A stretch of DNA of 59,816 nucleotides from an uncultured virus (IMG/VR IMGVR_UViG_3300042922_000886) (IMGVR_UViG_3300042922_000886:62001-121816), one strand, 5' to 3'. Shown: positions 29,602 through 39,682, counted from the stretch's first letter. Made by a program: numbers and translations. The notes: generated by a model not told the origin, from the letters alone.

Positions 29602-30519
29602 ATGACATTAGAACCTACTTACGGAAGCTTTGACACCATTGGAATGGTGACCGGCCTTTCAAACGAAAGGTCATTTACCGAAGGACAGAAGGATGGGAAT
29701 AACCCTTGGGTCAAAATCAATTTTGGGGTCAAGGTAAGTGATCGAGCGTTTGTATATGTTGAACTTATGGGTTCAAAAACACCAAATGTAAAAATCGCTT
29801 ACCGAGATCCAATGACAAAGAAATTCAACAAGGAAGATTCGTTATTGATACCATGGGAATCAAGATATAATCCTAGTCGAATTAATTATGAAATACATAT
29901 GCCAGTCAGGTTAAATCTTAATGAAAGTTCATCTGATGAGTCAATTTTAACTTCCTACGATGCTGCATGTGCTCTAAAAGAAAATTTGAATGACAGTGAC
30001 ATAGTTTATGTTCATGGAAATCTTCAGTTTTCGGAGTATGAAGGGAAATCAAAAGAAACGTATTGTGTAACGAGTCTTTCAAAAATAAAAGAAATGAATA
30101 AAGTAAATTACAAGCCGGTCGCTTCTTTTACTCAAGATTGTGTATTTTTGAACTGCAATAAAGATGATGAAAAGTTATTAATCGATACATACATAATTTG
30201 CAGGAAAAATGGAGATTTAACATGTATTCCTTATACGTTTGTTGCAAGATGTATTGATTTAATCGAGCATTTTGAGAACAACATTACATATGGATCATTG
30301 ATTAAAGTTCATGGTAACATACATAATCGTGCCGATATTGTTAAGATTGATGGGCAACTTGTAGTAAAAGGAATTGTTAAAGAACTAGAAATTAAAGGCG
30401 GCAATTTACTCGAAAAGGATAAGTACACCGAGGCAGATTTAACTTCAATTAGTAAAGAGAGCATTTTTGCGACACAGGGAACAGGATTTGGATCAATTGA
30501 GGAAGATCCGTTCGGTTAA
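29602..30519 (+). CDS. Tandem OB-fold SSB-like protein
   Basis: VYVHGNLQFSEY and IKVHGNIHNR strands; acidic EEDPFG tail. Confidence 0.6.
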   Translation: MTLEPTYGSFDTIGMVTGLSNERSFTEGQKDGNNPWVKINFGVKVSDRAFVYVELMGSKTPNVKIAYRDPMTKKFNKEDSLLIPWESRYNPSRINYEIHMPVRLNLNESSSDESILTSYDAACALKENLNDSDIVYVHGNLQFSEYEGKSKETYCVTSLSKIKEMNKVNYKPVASFTQDCVFLNCNKDDEKLLIDTYIICRKNGDLTCIPYTFVARCIDLIEHFENNITYGSLIKVHGNIHNRADIVKIDGQLVVKGIVKELEIKGGNLLEKDKYTEADLTSISKESIFATQGTGFGSIEEDPFG

Positions 30520-30637
30520 CTTGAAAGGATGTGAGTATATAGTTAACGGTACTATAAGAAGTCCTCCATATTGATTTAGTATATTATAAAAATAAAACAT
30601 AAAAATAATAAAAAATTAAGGGAGATGTCCATACGTA

Positions 30638-31576
30638 ATGTCCGAGAAAAAAGAATTGCGTCAAGCCGAAAACGTAGCAAAAATTGAAGGTATTGTTGCA
30701 GATATTCGTATTGAAACAAAAGAAGTAAATGGTAAACCGGCTATCAGTGGAGAAATTGATATTCTAGTCGGTGAAGATACTCATACAGTGAATGTATTTT
30801 CTTATAAGAAGAATGGAGAAGGGAAAGAGAGCGGACTATACAAGGGGTTTGTAACGGTCATGAACGATTACAAGTCCATTAAAGCACATGGAAAAGATGC
30901 TGCCGATAAAGTACGCATTACTCAAGGTCAAATCGATCTGAATGATTACTATGGGGCAGACGGACTATTGCGATCCTTCCCACAACTCAAAACAAACTTT
31001 GTCAATCGTCTTCAGTCCGGGGATACATTTGAACCAAAGGCAGAGTTTACCCTTGAGATGGTAATTGCAGTGGTTAAGGAAGAAATGAAAGATAATGAAG
31101 CAACAGGTCGAGCGATTATTAAAGGATATGTCCCCGTTTATGGGAATAAAGTAATTCCATTCGATGTAGTAGTTGCTGAGAAAAAAGCCGTAGACTATGT
31201 TACCTCTAATTATGAAAAAGGAACAACAGTTACTGTCCACGGTGAAATTGTAAATAAGAAAGTTCTTACTACAAAAGAAGTTGAAGTTGAATTCGGTGAT
31301 CCGAAAGTGGATACTTCTGAGCGAACTGTTCGAGAGTATTCTGTTAAGGGCGGGACAGCACCAAAAGACCAAGAAGATGTAAAAGCTTATAAAGTTGCTG
31401 ATATCAAAAAGGGACTCGAAGAGCGAGAAAAGATGCTTGCCGAAAAGAAAGAGAAAGCAGCGAAGAAGGATAGCAACAATTCTTCATCCAACAAGAGCAA
31501 AGATCCATTTGGCGATAGTGAAGCCTTTGGAAAACCGATTGACATTAGCGATGATGACCTTCCTTTTTTACTATAA
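30638..31576 (+). CDS. Single-stranded DNA-binding protein (YorF-like)
   Basis: LRQAEN...IEG start; OB-like strands; IDISDDDLPF acidic SSB tail. Confidence 0.75.
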   Translation: MSEKKELRQAENVAKIEGIVADIRIETKEVNGKPAISGEIDILVGEDTHTVNVFSYKKNGEGKESGLYKGFVTVMNDYKSIKAHGKDAADKVRITQGQIDLNDYYGADGLLRSFPQLKTNFVNRLQSGDTFEPKAEFTLEMVIAVVKEEMKDNEATGRAIIKGYVPVYGNKVIPFDVVVAEKKAVDYVTSNYEKGTTVTVHGEIVNKKVLTTKEVEVEFGDPKVDTSERTVREYSVKGGTAPKDQEDVKAYKVADIKKGLEEREKMLAEKKEKAAKKDSNNSSSNKSKDPFGDSEAFGKPIDISDDDLPFLL

Positions 31577-31658
31577 ATGTAAAATAAATAAAGCAAAGCA
31601 ATGGGGTAGTTAAATAAACAACTGCCCCTTAATAAAAAATAGGAGGAAAATAATTTAA

Positions 31659-32651
31659 ATGTCATTAGATATCTTTAATCCGCAAATTTCCGTTATTTCG
31701 AGTGGTCTTGAAGGAAAGGTAATATTGATTTATGGTAGCAACTCCTTAGGTAAAACGTTTCAAACCACAAGAATGAAAAAGCCTTACTATTTAGGTTTTG
31801 AAAAAGGGCTTGGAGCAATCTCAGGGATTCCATTTGCACCGATCAATAAATGGAGCGACTTCAAAAAGGTTAATCGTCAGTTAACTTCTCCTTCGACACT
31901 AGAAAAAGCAAAGGAACTTTATCAAACGATTATTTTTGATGAGGTAGAAGCTTCTGCACGGTATTGCCAAAAATATATTTGTGATTTGTACGAAGCAGAT
32001 AGTATTAAAAGCGGTAACGAAGGGTACGGTTTGTGGAAGGAATATGAACTTGAATATTGGACTGAGATTGATAAATTGTTAGGTGCTGGTTATACAATTG
32101 CTTTTATTGCACATCAAGACTTCAGTAAGGAATTAGATAAAATTTATCCTAAAGGTGACAAACGTGCTTTAGCACCGATTGTTGATAATAGCGATGTAAT
32201 TGTTTACTTGCGCTCAAATGGTATTGATGAGAAAAACAATGTCATTAAATCAAGTGCATATTTTAATGAGACTAAAGAATTTTTCGCTCGTAGTCGATTT
32301 AATTATATTCAAAATCATCTTCCTGAATTTACGGCAGAAAATTTGGAGCAAGCACTAATTCAAGCAATTAAAAAGCAGGAAGAAGTTGAAGGAATTAAGT
32401 CGGTTACATATGAACAAAAGAAAGAAGTATACGATTCTGGCGAACTAGACTTCGATAAAATTGTAGCAGAGATCAATGAGTTGGGTAAAAAATTCCAAGC
32501 AGCTAAACGACTTGTAGAATGCACTGAGATTATTGAAAGACACATTGGAAAAAATAAAAAGATTAAAGAATGTACGAAATCACAGGTTGAAGCATTATCG
32601 CTTATCCTAGACGAGATTAAAGAGTTGCCACAACCTCAAGTAGAAGCATAA
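31659..32651 (+). CDS. AAA ATPase (YorG/Sak4-like recombination protein)
   Basis: YGSNSLGKT Walker A; TIIFDEV Walker B; GYGLW; FIAH. Confidence 0.85.
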   Translation: MSLDIFNPQISVISSGLEGKVILIYGSNSLGKTFQTTRMKKPYYLGFEKGLGAISGIPFAPINKWSDFKKVNRQLTSPSTLEKAKELYQTIIFDEVEASARYCQKYICDLYEADSIKSGNEGYGLWKEYELEYWTEIDKLLGAGYTIAFIAHQDFSKELDKIYPKGDKRALAPIVDNSDVIVYLRSNGIDEKNNVIKSSAYFNETKEFFARSRFNYIQNHLPEFTAENLEQALIQAIKKQEEVEGIKSVTYEQKKEVYDSGELDFDKIVAEINELGKKFQAAKRLVECTEIIERHIGKNKKIKECTKSQVEALSLILDEIKELPQPQVEA

Positions 32652-32754
32652 GATAGCCATTTAAATAATCATTTCATTCGGAGGCATTACAGTTGAGTCG
32701 AGGACTGTAGGGTGGTTGGGGATGCTCAAATGGCGTGGGAAGCCATTAAAATAA

Positions 32755-33342
32755 ATGAATATAATATATAAAAAGTCTAAGTTTATTGGAGGCATGATGA
32801 GGAAGGCAGAGGTTAGCCTATCTGTTGGATTGATTGGGTTCAGTTTATTTGGACTTTTTTTGATACTAACCAACACAACAGAAATTAAAAACACGACTTC
32901 AATAGATGTTGTCGCTAAACAGACCGAGGTTGAGCAAGAATTTTTGAATGCTAATACATCATCTCCAGAATCAATACTGTTGAGTGCCGAACCAAGAGTA
33001 GAAATAGAACTATCCAAAGAAACAAAAGAAGAACTCGCTATATTCGCTGTTACGGCGTACACATCGGGCTACGAGTCAACTCAAAAGAAAAAAGGTGATC
33101 CGTTATATGGAATTACAGCCAGTGGAGAACGTGCTGTAGAAGGTCTAACAGTCTCTGCAGATTGGAGAGTGTTGCCAAAAGGGACTCGAGTTTATATAGA
33201 GGGAATTGGTGAAAGAGTCGTGCAAGATAAAGGTGGCGCAATAAAAGGAAATAAACTGGACGTATATTTTGAAAGTTTAAAAGACGCCAAGGCATTCGGT
33301 AAACAAAAATTAGCAGTAACAATATTGGAAAGAGGTGATTGA
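32755..33342 (+). CDS. Membrane-anchored 3D-domain cell wall enzyme (YorM-like)
   Basis: VTAYT...YGITASG...SADWRVLPKGTRVYI...QDKGGAIKGNKLDVY. Confidence 0.9.
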   Translation: MNIIYKKSKFIGGMMRKAEVSLSVGLIGFSLFGLFLILTNTTEIKNTTSIDVVAKQTEVEQEFLNANTSSPESILLSAEPRVEIELSKETKEELAIFAVTAYTSGYESTQKKKGDPLYGITASGERAVEGLTVSADWRVLPKGTRVYIEGIGERVVQDKGGAIKGNKLDVYFESLKDAKAFGKQKLAVTILERGD

Positions 33343-33616
33343 AATTAGTTTTTCTGCATCTGAACGAGAGACTGTAATTCAGACTGATGATGAGAGTGGT
33401 AAATATAAAATCTACACATTACAACAAAAAGTGCAAACCAAACTAAAGAGAGCAAACATATTACCATATAAAACTGATACTGACGGTGCAATGTACTTCG
33501 AATTAGATTTTAATCAAATAAGTTTTCGTGCTAAGAGTGATAAGCCTAAGCGAGTAATGAGTGATGAACACAAGGACAAGTTGAGGAAAGGGAGGGAAGC
33601 AAAATCAAGATTATAG
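33335..33616 (+). CDS. Hypothetical protein
   Basis: ORF track; KRVMSDEHKDKL tail. Confidence 0.65.
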   Translation: MIEISFSASERETVIQTDDESGKYKIYTLQQKVQTKLKRANILPYKTDTDGAMYFELDFNQISFRAKSDKPKRVMSDEHKDKLRKGREAKSRL

Positions 33617-34209
33617 CAATCGAGGGCTTAGATAAATCAGGGAAAGCAACCCAATCTAATATGTTGTATAAAAAAATTGAACAATATGGCTATAAAGTTG
33701 CCAAAAGTGAATTCCACCGATACGACACGAATACTGGAAAACTCATTATGGATTGGTTAACTCGAAAATGGGATGTGAGTCAAAAGTCTATTGAATTGAT
33801 TATGGCTGCCGACAAGCAAGCACAGCAGGAATGGTTTTCTCAACTCGATAAAGAAGGTTACGACTACCTTATTCTAGACAGGTACACGCTAAGTCAAGCT
33901 GCATATGGTGTAGCCAATGGGATTCAAGGATCATGGATAATTGAGTTGCAAAAGTATATGCGCAAACCTGATTTAGACATAGTAATCGACATTCCTGCTG
34001 AAATCAGTATGAGTCGAAAGGGTAAACACAACAACGGTCAAAACGATAAGTATGAATCCGACTTAGAAATGTTGAAGCGTGTTCGGGAGAACTATAAATC
34101 TTTTTCTACATACTACTCAGCACCCGTAAAGAAAATAGTTGATGGTACAAAATCGATTGAGGAAATACATAATGAAATCTTTAATATTGTTCTGGGGGTA
34201 GGAAGTTGA
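33604..34209 (+). CDS. tmk: Thymidylate (dTMP) kinase; start extended to a non-canonical ATC/ATT
   Basis: P-loop IAIEGLDKSGKATQ lies in frame upstream of the track ATG at 33661; LILDRYTLS..AYG; KPDL. Confidence 0.85.
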   Translation: MKIIAIEGLDKSGKATQSNMLYKKIEQYGYKVAKSEFHRYDTNTGKLIMDWLTRKWDVSQKSIELIMAADKQAQQEWFSQLDKEGYDYLILDRYTLSQAAYGVANGIQGSWIIELQKYMRKPDLDIVIDIPAEISMSRKGKHNNGQNDKYESDLEMLKRVRENYKSFSTYYSAPVKKIVDGTKSIEEIHNEIFNIVLGVGS

Positions 34210-34517
34210 GCACAAAAGTAGTTTACATTTCAGGGCCAATGACTGGCGTAAAGGCCAATAATTTTCATGAATTTAATCGTGTAGCAGCCATTTTAAGGAA
34301 TAGCGGATATGAAGTTATCAATCCTGCAGATCATGGGTGTTCGGAAAGTTTATCATGGTCAGATTATATGAGGATGGATATTGCGGATCTCATTGAGTGC
34401 GATCTAATTGCTACTCTTGATGGGTGGGAACTCTCAAAAGGAGCAAGATTAGAGGTACATATAGCAAAAGAATTAGGAATGGATGTTTTGGATTATCGTG
34501 AGCTGATCAACAAATAA
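34206..34517 (+). CDS. DUF4406 family (nucleoside deoxyribosyltransferase-like)
   Basis: VYISGPMTG...VINPA...WSDYM...GWELSKGARLE. Confidence 0.85.
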   Translation: MSTKVVYISGPMTGVKANNFHEFNRVAAILRNSGYEVINPADHGCSESLSWSDYMRMDIADLIECDLIATLDGWELSKGARLEVHIAKELGMDVLDYRELINK

Positions 34518-34530
34518 AATATATTTTTTA

Positions 34531-34827
34531 TTGGATAGAGAAAAGGAGAATTTGAAAATGGAAAACATTAAATTGGTGGCAGAAAAACTTAAAGAAATTG
34601 AGGAGTTCGTAAAGAAAAATCTAAGTACTCATTATGATGATGTGCTTGAACATGTTGAATACAAACTAGATGCCGTGAAACAGATTGCTCAAGCCAACCA
34701 TATTCCTTTGATCGTTACTGCGGAGGATATTATCAACAAGTACCGTGAAGAAGAAGAATCATCTGAATATGAGGAAGAGAGTAGTAGTTATTATTATGAA
34801 GAAGAATCATCTTATTATGAAGAATAG
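34531..34827 (+). CDS. Small protein with acidic Ser/Tyr-rich tail
   Basis: EEEESSEYEEESSSYYYEEESSYYEE; AAAGGAG RBS. Confidence 0.7.
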   Translation: MDREKENLKMENIKLVAEKLKEIEEFVKKNLSTHYDDVLEHVEYKLDAVKQIAQANHIPLIVTAEDIINKYREEEESSEYEEESSSYYYEEESSYYEE

Positions 34828-34838
34828 GAGATTAACAA

Positions 34839-35822
34839 ATGATCGTTATAGGATCTAAGGCACTAACTTTTCGGTTAGAACAAACAGAAGAAGTTGTTGA
34901 ACGGTGGTATAAAACGGACTATGACGTTTTGATGAGTATCGATGAATTCAAATCGTGGTGTAGCAGGTATAAAGAAGAGATAATTAAACTCTACCCAACG
35001 CAGGAGAATAAGTATAAAGCCATTCTTTCTAAATATGGTAGGAAGAAACAATACGAAATCGAGATTGGATATGAAGGAACATCTGCAGAATTCTTATTGA
35101 AACACGAACAGAATGTTACCGACTGTGCTGTATTTGGTTACTTTGGCGAATTGTTCAATGCACTCAGCCTTCAATATCAGTTTTTAACCAAACGCTCTCA
35201 TTTGATTTATCCGGTACATTTCGAGAAAAATATGAACGACTACCATCTTATAAAGTCGCTCATTGGAGATTTCAAAAGAGATGAGCTAATGCAGGAGTAT
35301 TATAAATTGCGCGCTGCCGAGGCAAAGGAACGGTACAGTCGATTTAAGACGCCAAAATTGAATGTTACAAACGAAGACTTCTTTAGTTCAAAGTTGGCAG
35401 TTGAAAATTACTTTGTACATGACGACATTCATGAGGTAATGAAGCATCACGATGTCCCTGTTTATGAAATGATGAAGCGAGATTTTGGATTGGCCAAATG
35501 TGAAAAAGATATGTTCTTTGCATTGCCTTATGATTATCAAATTCAAGCTGTTCAAGAAGAAGCGTACACTATAGCCTTAGAAAGATACATAGTACCCCAA
35601 GCAGGAGAGGATTGGCAGAATTACTTAAATTGCTATAAGAAAGCACTAATGCGAATCTGCACAACCCTTTGTTCTGGATGGTTCAGGAGCTTTGCTATCG
35701 AAAACTATAATGTTATAGTCGAAAGGTACAATCCTGATTTTGTGAAGAGGTTTAAGGCAGCTTTTGATACAGGAGAAATTAAGGCACTCGAAGACAAAGT
35801 TGTTCCAGAAATGATTGCTTAA
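34839..35822 (+). CDS. Phage protein with N-terminal nucleotidyltransferase-like motif
   Basis: VIGSKAL...TDYDVL; HDDIHE; EEAY.IALER; ICTTLCSGWFR. Confidence 0.6.
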   Translation: MIVIGSKALTFRLEQTEEVVERWYKTDYDVLMSIDEFKSWCSRYKEEIIKLYPTQENKYKAILSKYGRKKQYEIEIGYEGTSAEFLLKHEQNVTDCAVFGYFGELFNALSLQYQFLTKRSHLIYPVHFEKNMNDYHLIKSLIGDFKRDELMQEYYKLRAAEAKERYSRFKTPKLNVTNEDFFSSKLAVENYFVHDDIHEVMKHHDVPVYEMMKRDFGLAKCEKDMFFALPYDYQIQAVQEEAYTIALERYIVPQAGEDWQNYLNCYKKALMRICTTLCSGWFRSFAIENYNVIVERYNPDFVKRFKAAFDTGEIKALEDKVVPEMIA

Positions 35823-35872
35823 TTAATTTTATATTAAATAAAATGTTTTAATATACGGAGGAGTGATATGAA

Positions 35873-36880
35873 ATAAAGATAGTAGGATTATTTAGTGGGG
35901 CCGGTGGTTTAGAATTAGGGTTTAAAAAACAAGGATTCGAATTTGAGTATGCTCTTGACTACATGCCAGCAGCCTGTGAAACAAATAAACGAAATCTTGG
36001 AAATCATATCGTTTGTAAAGACATAAGGCATGTTAGTGCAAGAGAAATTCCAAAAGGCAGTGGATACATTTACCTGATCGGGGCATCTTGCAGAGGATTT
36101 AGTAACTCGAATATGAAGACGTCATTTTTGGAGAATCCAGATAATGAACTTACATATGATTGGATAAATAAAGTAAAACATAACAAACCGGATATTATTA
36201 TATCTGAAAACGTACCACAAATCCTTACAAAATTTAATGGAGCTTTCGCACAAGAGATAATTGACAATTTATCAGATGTTTATCATATAGAGGTGAAAGT
36301 TCTAAACGCTGCTGACTACGGAGTCGCCCAAGACAGAAAACGTTGCATTATGATTGGCAGCCGTATTGGTGCAATTAAACATCCTGAGCCGACACATAAA
36401 ACTTGGAAGACTGTTGGGGAAGCGCTTGAGGGATTACATGATGGAGTTCCTAATCAGACGAATATCCGTAAGTCTTCTAGTGAGGTGATACAGCGATTTA
36501 AGCAAGTTCCGCAGGGTGGAAATTGGAGAAACATTGGAGAGTTCGCAGGAAAGGATAAACATTCGATTCTGTACCGTCGATTAACTTTTGATGAGACTAG
36601 TCCTACGTTCCCTCATGCTGGAAAGAATCTCGTGCTGCATCCTTCAAATGATCGAATTCTTTCAGTTCGTGAGTGTGCAAGAATCATGAGTTTTCCCGAT
36701 GATTTTGTTTTCTATGGTGGACTTACCGACATGTATCAGCAAGTTGCAAATGCAGTTCCTCCATTGATGGCGGAGGCAATTGCAAAAGAAGTCAGAAAAT
36801 TAATAAATATAAGCAATACATATAAGAACAAGTTTAGTATTCAAAGAATAAATGAAGATTCAATGCAGGACGCTAATTAA
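35873..36880 (+). CDS. C5-cytosine DNA methyltransferase; start extended to ATA (MKIVGLFSGAGG)
   Basis: Motif I FSGAGG in frame upstream of track start 35963; ASCRGFS (IV), ENV (VI), QDRKR (VIII), RECARIMSFPDDF, NAVPP. Confidence 0.85.
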   Translation: MKIVGLFSGAGGLELGFKKQGFEFEYALDYMPAACETNKRNLGNHIVCKDIRHVSAREIPKGSGYIYLIGASCRGFSNSNMKTSFLENPDNELTYDWINKVKHNKPDIIISENVPQILTKFNGAFAQEIIDNLSDVYHIEVKVLNAADYGVAQDRKRCIMIGSRIGAIKHPEPTHKTWKTVGEALEGLHDGVPNQTNIRKSSSEVIQRFKQVPQGGNWRNIGEFAGKDKHSILYRRLTFDETSPTFPHAGKNLVLHPSNDRILSVRECARIMSFPDDFVFYGGLTDMYQQVANAVPPLMAEAIAKEVRKLINISNTYKNKFSIQRINEDSMQDAN

Positions 36881-36917
36881 TCGGGGAATAAAATAATGTT
36901 TTTATTAGGAGAAGGTA

Positions 36918-37295
36918 ATGAGAGAGGAAAAACAGACGATTTATATCACAGATGATGGTAAGGCATTTACTGATAAAAAAGAAGCAACGATTCATGAAAC
37001 TAAGTTAAATAATGTTAAAAATTACTTAGTCAGATACTCTCCTGATTTAACCGAAGGAAGAGGATTTCAGGCAGCAGGGATCGTTATGGTTCATGCTAAG
37101 GGTTCGCATAAGGAGTTTGTTGAACATTGGTGTTATAAAAAGTTTGGAAACAGAATCGATTTTTGCATGGGAGCGTATGGCTCAAACGCAATCACTGACT
37201 CTTGGGATATCAAAGAAGCAAGTGAAGACGATTTAAGAAAGTACGATATCCTATATAGGATTGAAGAAAACTTTGTAACAAAAATATGGAATTAG
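36918..37295 (+). CDS. Hypothetical protein
   Basis: ORF track; AGGAG RBS. Confidence 0.7.
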   Translation: MREEKQTIYITDDGKAFTDKKEATIHETKLNNVKNYLVRYSPDLTEGRGFQAAGIVMVHAKGSHKEFVEHWCYKKFGNRIDFCMGAYGSNAITDSWDIKEASEDDLRKYDILYRIEENFVTKIWN

Positions 37296-37328
37296 ACAAT
37301 ATAATCGGCTTTTCGTTGGGAGGGGTAT

Positions 37329-37619
37329 ATGGCACATTATTATGATCGCGAATATGACTTGAAAGAAATGAAAGAGAGAGCGCATAAGAAGATAGACTTT
37401 TACAAAGTTGAAACTACAAAAATTAATCAATTCCTAAAAGAAACTAACTTGCACAGCATTGATATACCTGAACCAATAAGTAGGCATATTGATAATATTT
37501 TATCAAATTTCGGACATTATGTCGCTAATGAAAATACGTGGATCGGTAAGGCAAATCTAATGCTCAGTCTAGGAAAGAGATATCTTGATTTTGATGATTA
37601 TCATGAGCACTTTAAGTGA
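37329..37619 (+). CDS. Hypothetical protein
   Basis: ORF track; GGGAGG RBS. Confidence 0.7.
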   Translation: MAHYYDREYDLKEMKERAHKKIDFYKVETTKINQFLKETNLHSIDIPEPISRHIDNILSNFGHYVANENTWIGKANLMLSLGKRYLDFDDYHEHFK

Positions 37620-37659
37620 ATGAAATTGGACATTTATTTGGAATAAGAGGGTAGATAAC

Positions 37660-37926
37660 GTGATCGAAAAGAGACTAGATAATGAGGGTTGCATTCTAAC
37701 TATACATAGTGCTGTCAGAAACGATACGATGAAAGTCTATTGGAACGCAGACACACCAGAGAGAAGTAAGGAAATATCAAACGGCGAAGAAATATTTATT
37801 TTTGTACAATCTTTTCATTCGAAAAGAATGGAATCAAATTCAATTTCATTGTCTATGGATGAGGCTGAGTGTCTGAGAGACGTATTAGATCATATGATAA
37901 GTGAACTTAAGAAGATGCAAAACTAA
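37660..37926 (+). CDS. Hypothetical protein
   Basis: ORF track. Confidence 0.65.
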   Translation: MIEKRLDNEGCILTIHSAVRNDTMKVYWNADTPERSKEISNGEEIFIFVQSFHSKRMESNSISLSMDEAECLRDVLDHMISELKKMQN

Positions 37927-37972
37927 GACCAATGAAACTGGAGTTTCATTGGATGATAAATCGGAGGATCAT

Positions 37973-38169
37973 TTGAGACTAGATATAATGACTGATATTG
38001 AAACACTAGGGACTAAACAAGACGCAACAATCTTTCAAATCTCTGCTGTAGCGTTCGATATCATGACTGGAGAACACATTTCAACATTCAATCAGATCGC
38101 TGATATTGAGAAGAATGCTATTGTACGTGTAGACGGCTCAACAATTAAATGGTGGCTGAATACTAACAA
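37973..38169 (+). pseudogene. DEDD 3'-5' exonuclease (Rv2179c/ExoVIII-N-like), truncated by IS insertion
   Basis: IMTDIETLGT...IFQISAVAFD...STIKWW; reading frame runs into the IS end at 38170. Confidence 0.75.
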
Positions 38170-38670
38170 CTCACATTCCGCACCCCTATGACTCTAAAAA
38201 TGGCGAATTTTGGTGTATGCTAGAGTCATAGAAATGAGAGTCGGGAGCGAAGTGTGGGCATGCAAATCGAAAATTTTTATGAAGTCGGCTATCTTCCTTT
38301 ACTAAGCGGAATCATGAACGATTTGGGACTCCGCAAGAAGATCGATCAATTTGTACCTGTCGATTCGCAGTGTTGGACTACTGCAGGCGAAGCCGTCCAG
38401 TTGTTGTTGCTCGACATGCTGAGCGGTCGAAATGCCCTGATGAATGTAGACAAATGGGCAGCGGAGCAGGACTTGGATCAACTGCTCCGCCCCGGTCTGC
38501 AAGCGTCCTGGTTCAACGATGACGCACTCGGCCGCCATTTGGACCGGCTGTATGAGGCGGATATCCATCAAATCTACTCCGCTTTCCAACTGCACGTGTA
38601 CCAGCACGAGCGCATCCCGATGGGCGTCTTCCACGGCGATACGACGAGCATGTCTGTCTATGGCGATTAT
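38170..38670 (+). mobile_element. Truncated IS1634-family insertion sequence (left end plus 5' part of transposase)
   Basis: Abrupt GC rise; begins CTCACATTCCGCAC; internal IR 38186-38196/38221-38231; no right end found. Confidence 0.8.
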
Positions 38671-38688
38671 AGGTCAGGTTATTGTTAA
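38254..38688 (+). pseudogene. IS1634-family transposase N-terminal fragment (DUF4277)
   Basis: FNDDALGRHLDRLY and HGDTTSMSVYG motifs; ends just after the first catalytic Asp. Confidence 0.85.
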
Positions 38689-38979
38689 GACACTTATGCA
38701 GGGAGCCGGTAGTCTTGTAATTGGTAAACTAAACAAGCAATAAAAGGGTCATTTCATTGCGATAGGAGATAGAAAATGATTTATTTAGTAATCAAGAGAA
38801 AAATATATAATGATACATACACTGTACGTTACGCACTAGTAAATAAAGAATTAGCAGAGAGTTTTGTAAAGTGGGCAAACCACGACAACCAAGACGAGGA
38901 TACGGTTTATGAATTATTAGAACAATACGTTATAAAATGATGATGAAATTAAGATTGCATTGGAATAGTAGGAGGAGAA

Positions 38980-39210
38980 ATGAGTAAAGTTACATTCGGA
39001 AATAATATCGGAGCAAAGCAATGGAGTTTCATGCTCGATAAAGAGAATAAGATTCTACATACGGCATGGTTTCCTCTGATCGAAGTCAATGGAAAGATGG
39101 CGACAATTAAGGACGACAATTATCCAGTTGGCATCAAGGAGGCTGAGAGCAGATATAAAGCTAGAAAGATGGCGCAAGAGTTTTTGAATCGAGTAAAAGA
39201 AGAAACATGA
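38980..39210 (+). CDS. Hypothetical protein
   Basis: ORF track; AGGAGG RBS. Confidence 0.7.
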   Translation: MSKVTFGNNIGAKQWSFMLDKENKILHTAWFPLIEVNGKMATIKDDNYPVGIKEAESRYKARKMAQEFLNRVKEET

Positions 39211-39241
39211 AGAAATATGATTTCGTGGGAAGAGGTGTAAG

Positions 39242-39514
39242 GTGATTAATAATAAGCCAACAAATGAGGAATTGATAAAGTGGAAACAACATCTTCAAGA
39301 ACTGGACGATGAAAAGTACCCAATTGCAATAGCTGCGGTAATGGAGTCCAAAGAGAAATATACAGAAGGTGAAGCATATACTTCTGTATATTTCTTGCAA
39401 AGAAAAGTAAGAGTAGGATACTCGCAAGGTCAACGACTCATCGAGCGTATGGTACAAGATAATATTCTTCAACCAGAAATAAAAGAGAATTATATAAGGT
39501 ACAAGATCCGATAA
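39242..39514 (+). CDS. FtsK-gamma-like winged-helix protein
   Basis: SVYFLQRKVRVGYSQGQRLIERMVQDNIL resembles the FtsK gamma domain. Confidence 0.65.
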   Translation: MINNKPTNEELIKWKQHLQELDDEKYPIAIAAVMESKEKYTEGEAYTSVYFLQRKVRVGYSQGQRLIERMVQDNILQPEIKENYIRYKIR

Positions 39515-39568
39515 AAGGTAGATTGCATAAGAAAAGGAACTGCCAAGTACGACAGCTCCAATCAGATA

Positions 39569-39682
39569 TTACTTAAAGAAGAATCCTATGATACTCGCAA
39601 GACTCAGTTTGAATCGGAATTTCTTGGTTTCTGTGGTCTTATTCGGTTCTTTTACGGTTGTTCTCTCGTAAACATATTCCAT
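39569..39682 (-). CDS. Small peptide (37 aa, MEYVYERTTVKEPNKTTETKKFRFKLSLASIIGFFFK)
   Basis: Read by hand; GAGGGGGG RBS; downstream hairpin plus U-run at ~39532-39559. Confidence 0.55.
   Translation of the reverse strand: MEYVYERTTVKEPNKTTETKKFRFKLSLASIIGFFFK

Noticed and set aside
38170..38757. Intact, active IS element
   Set aside because: The transposase ends after ~140 codons, and no right inverted repeat or target duplication was found.
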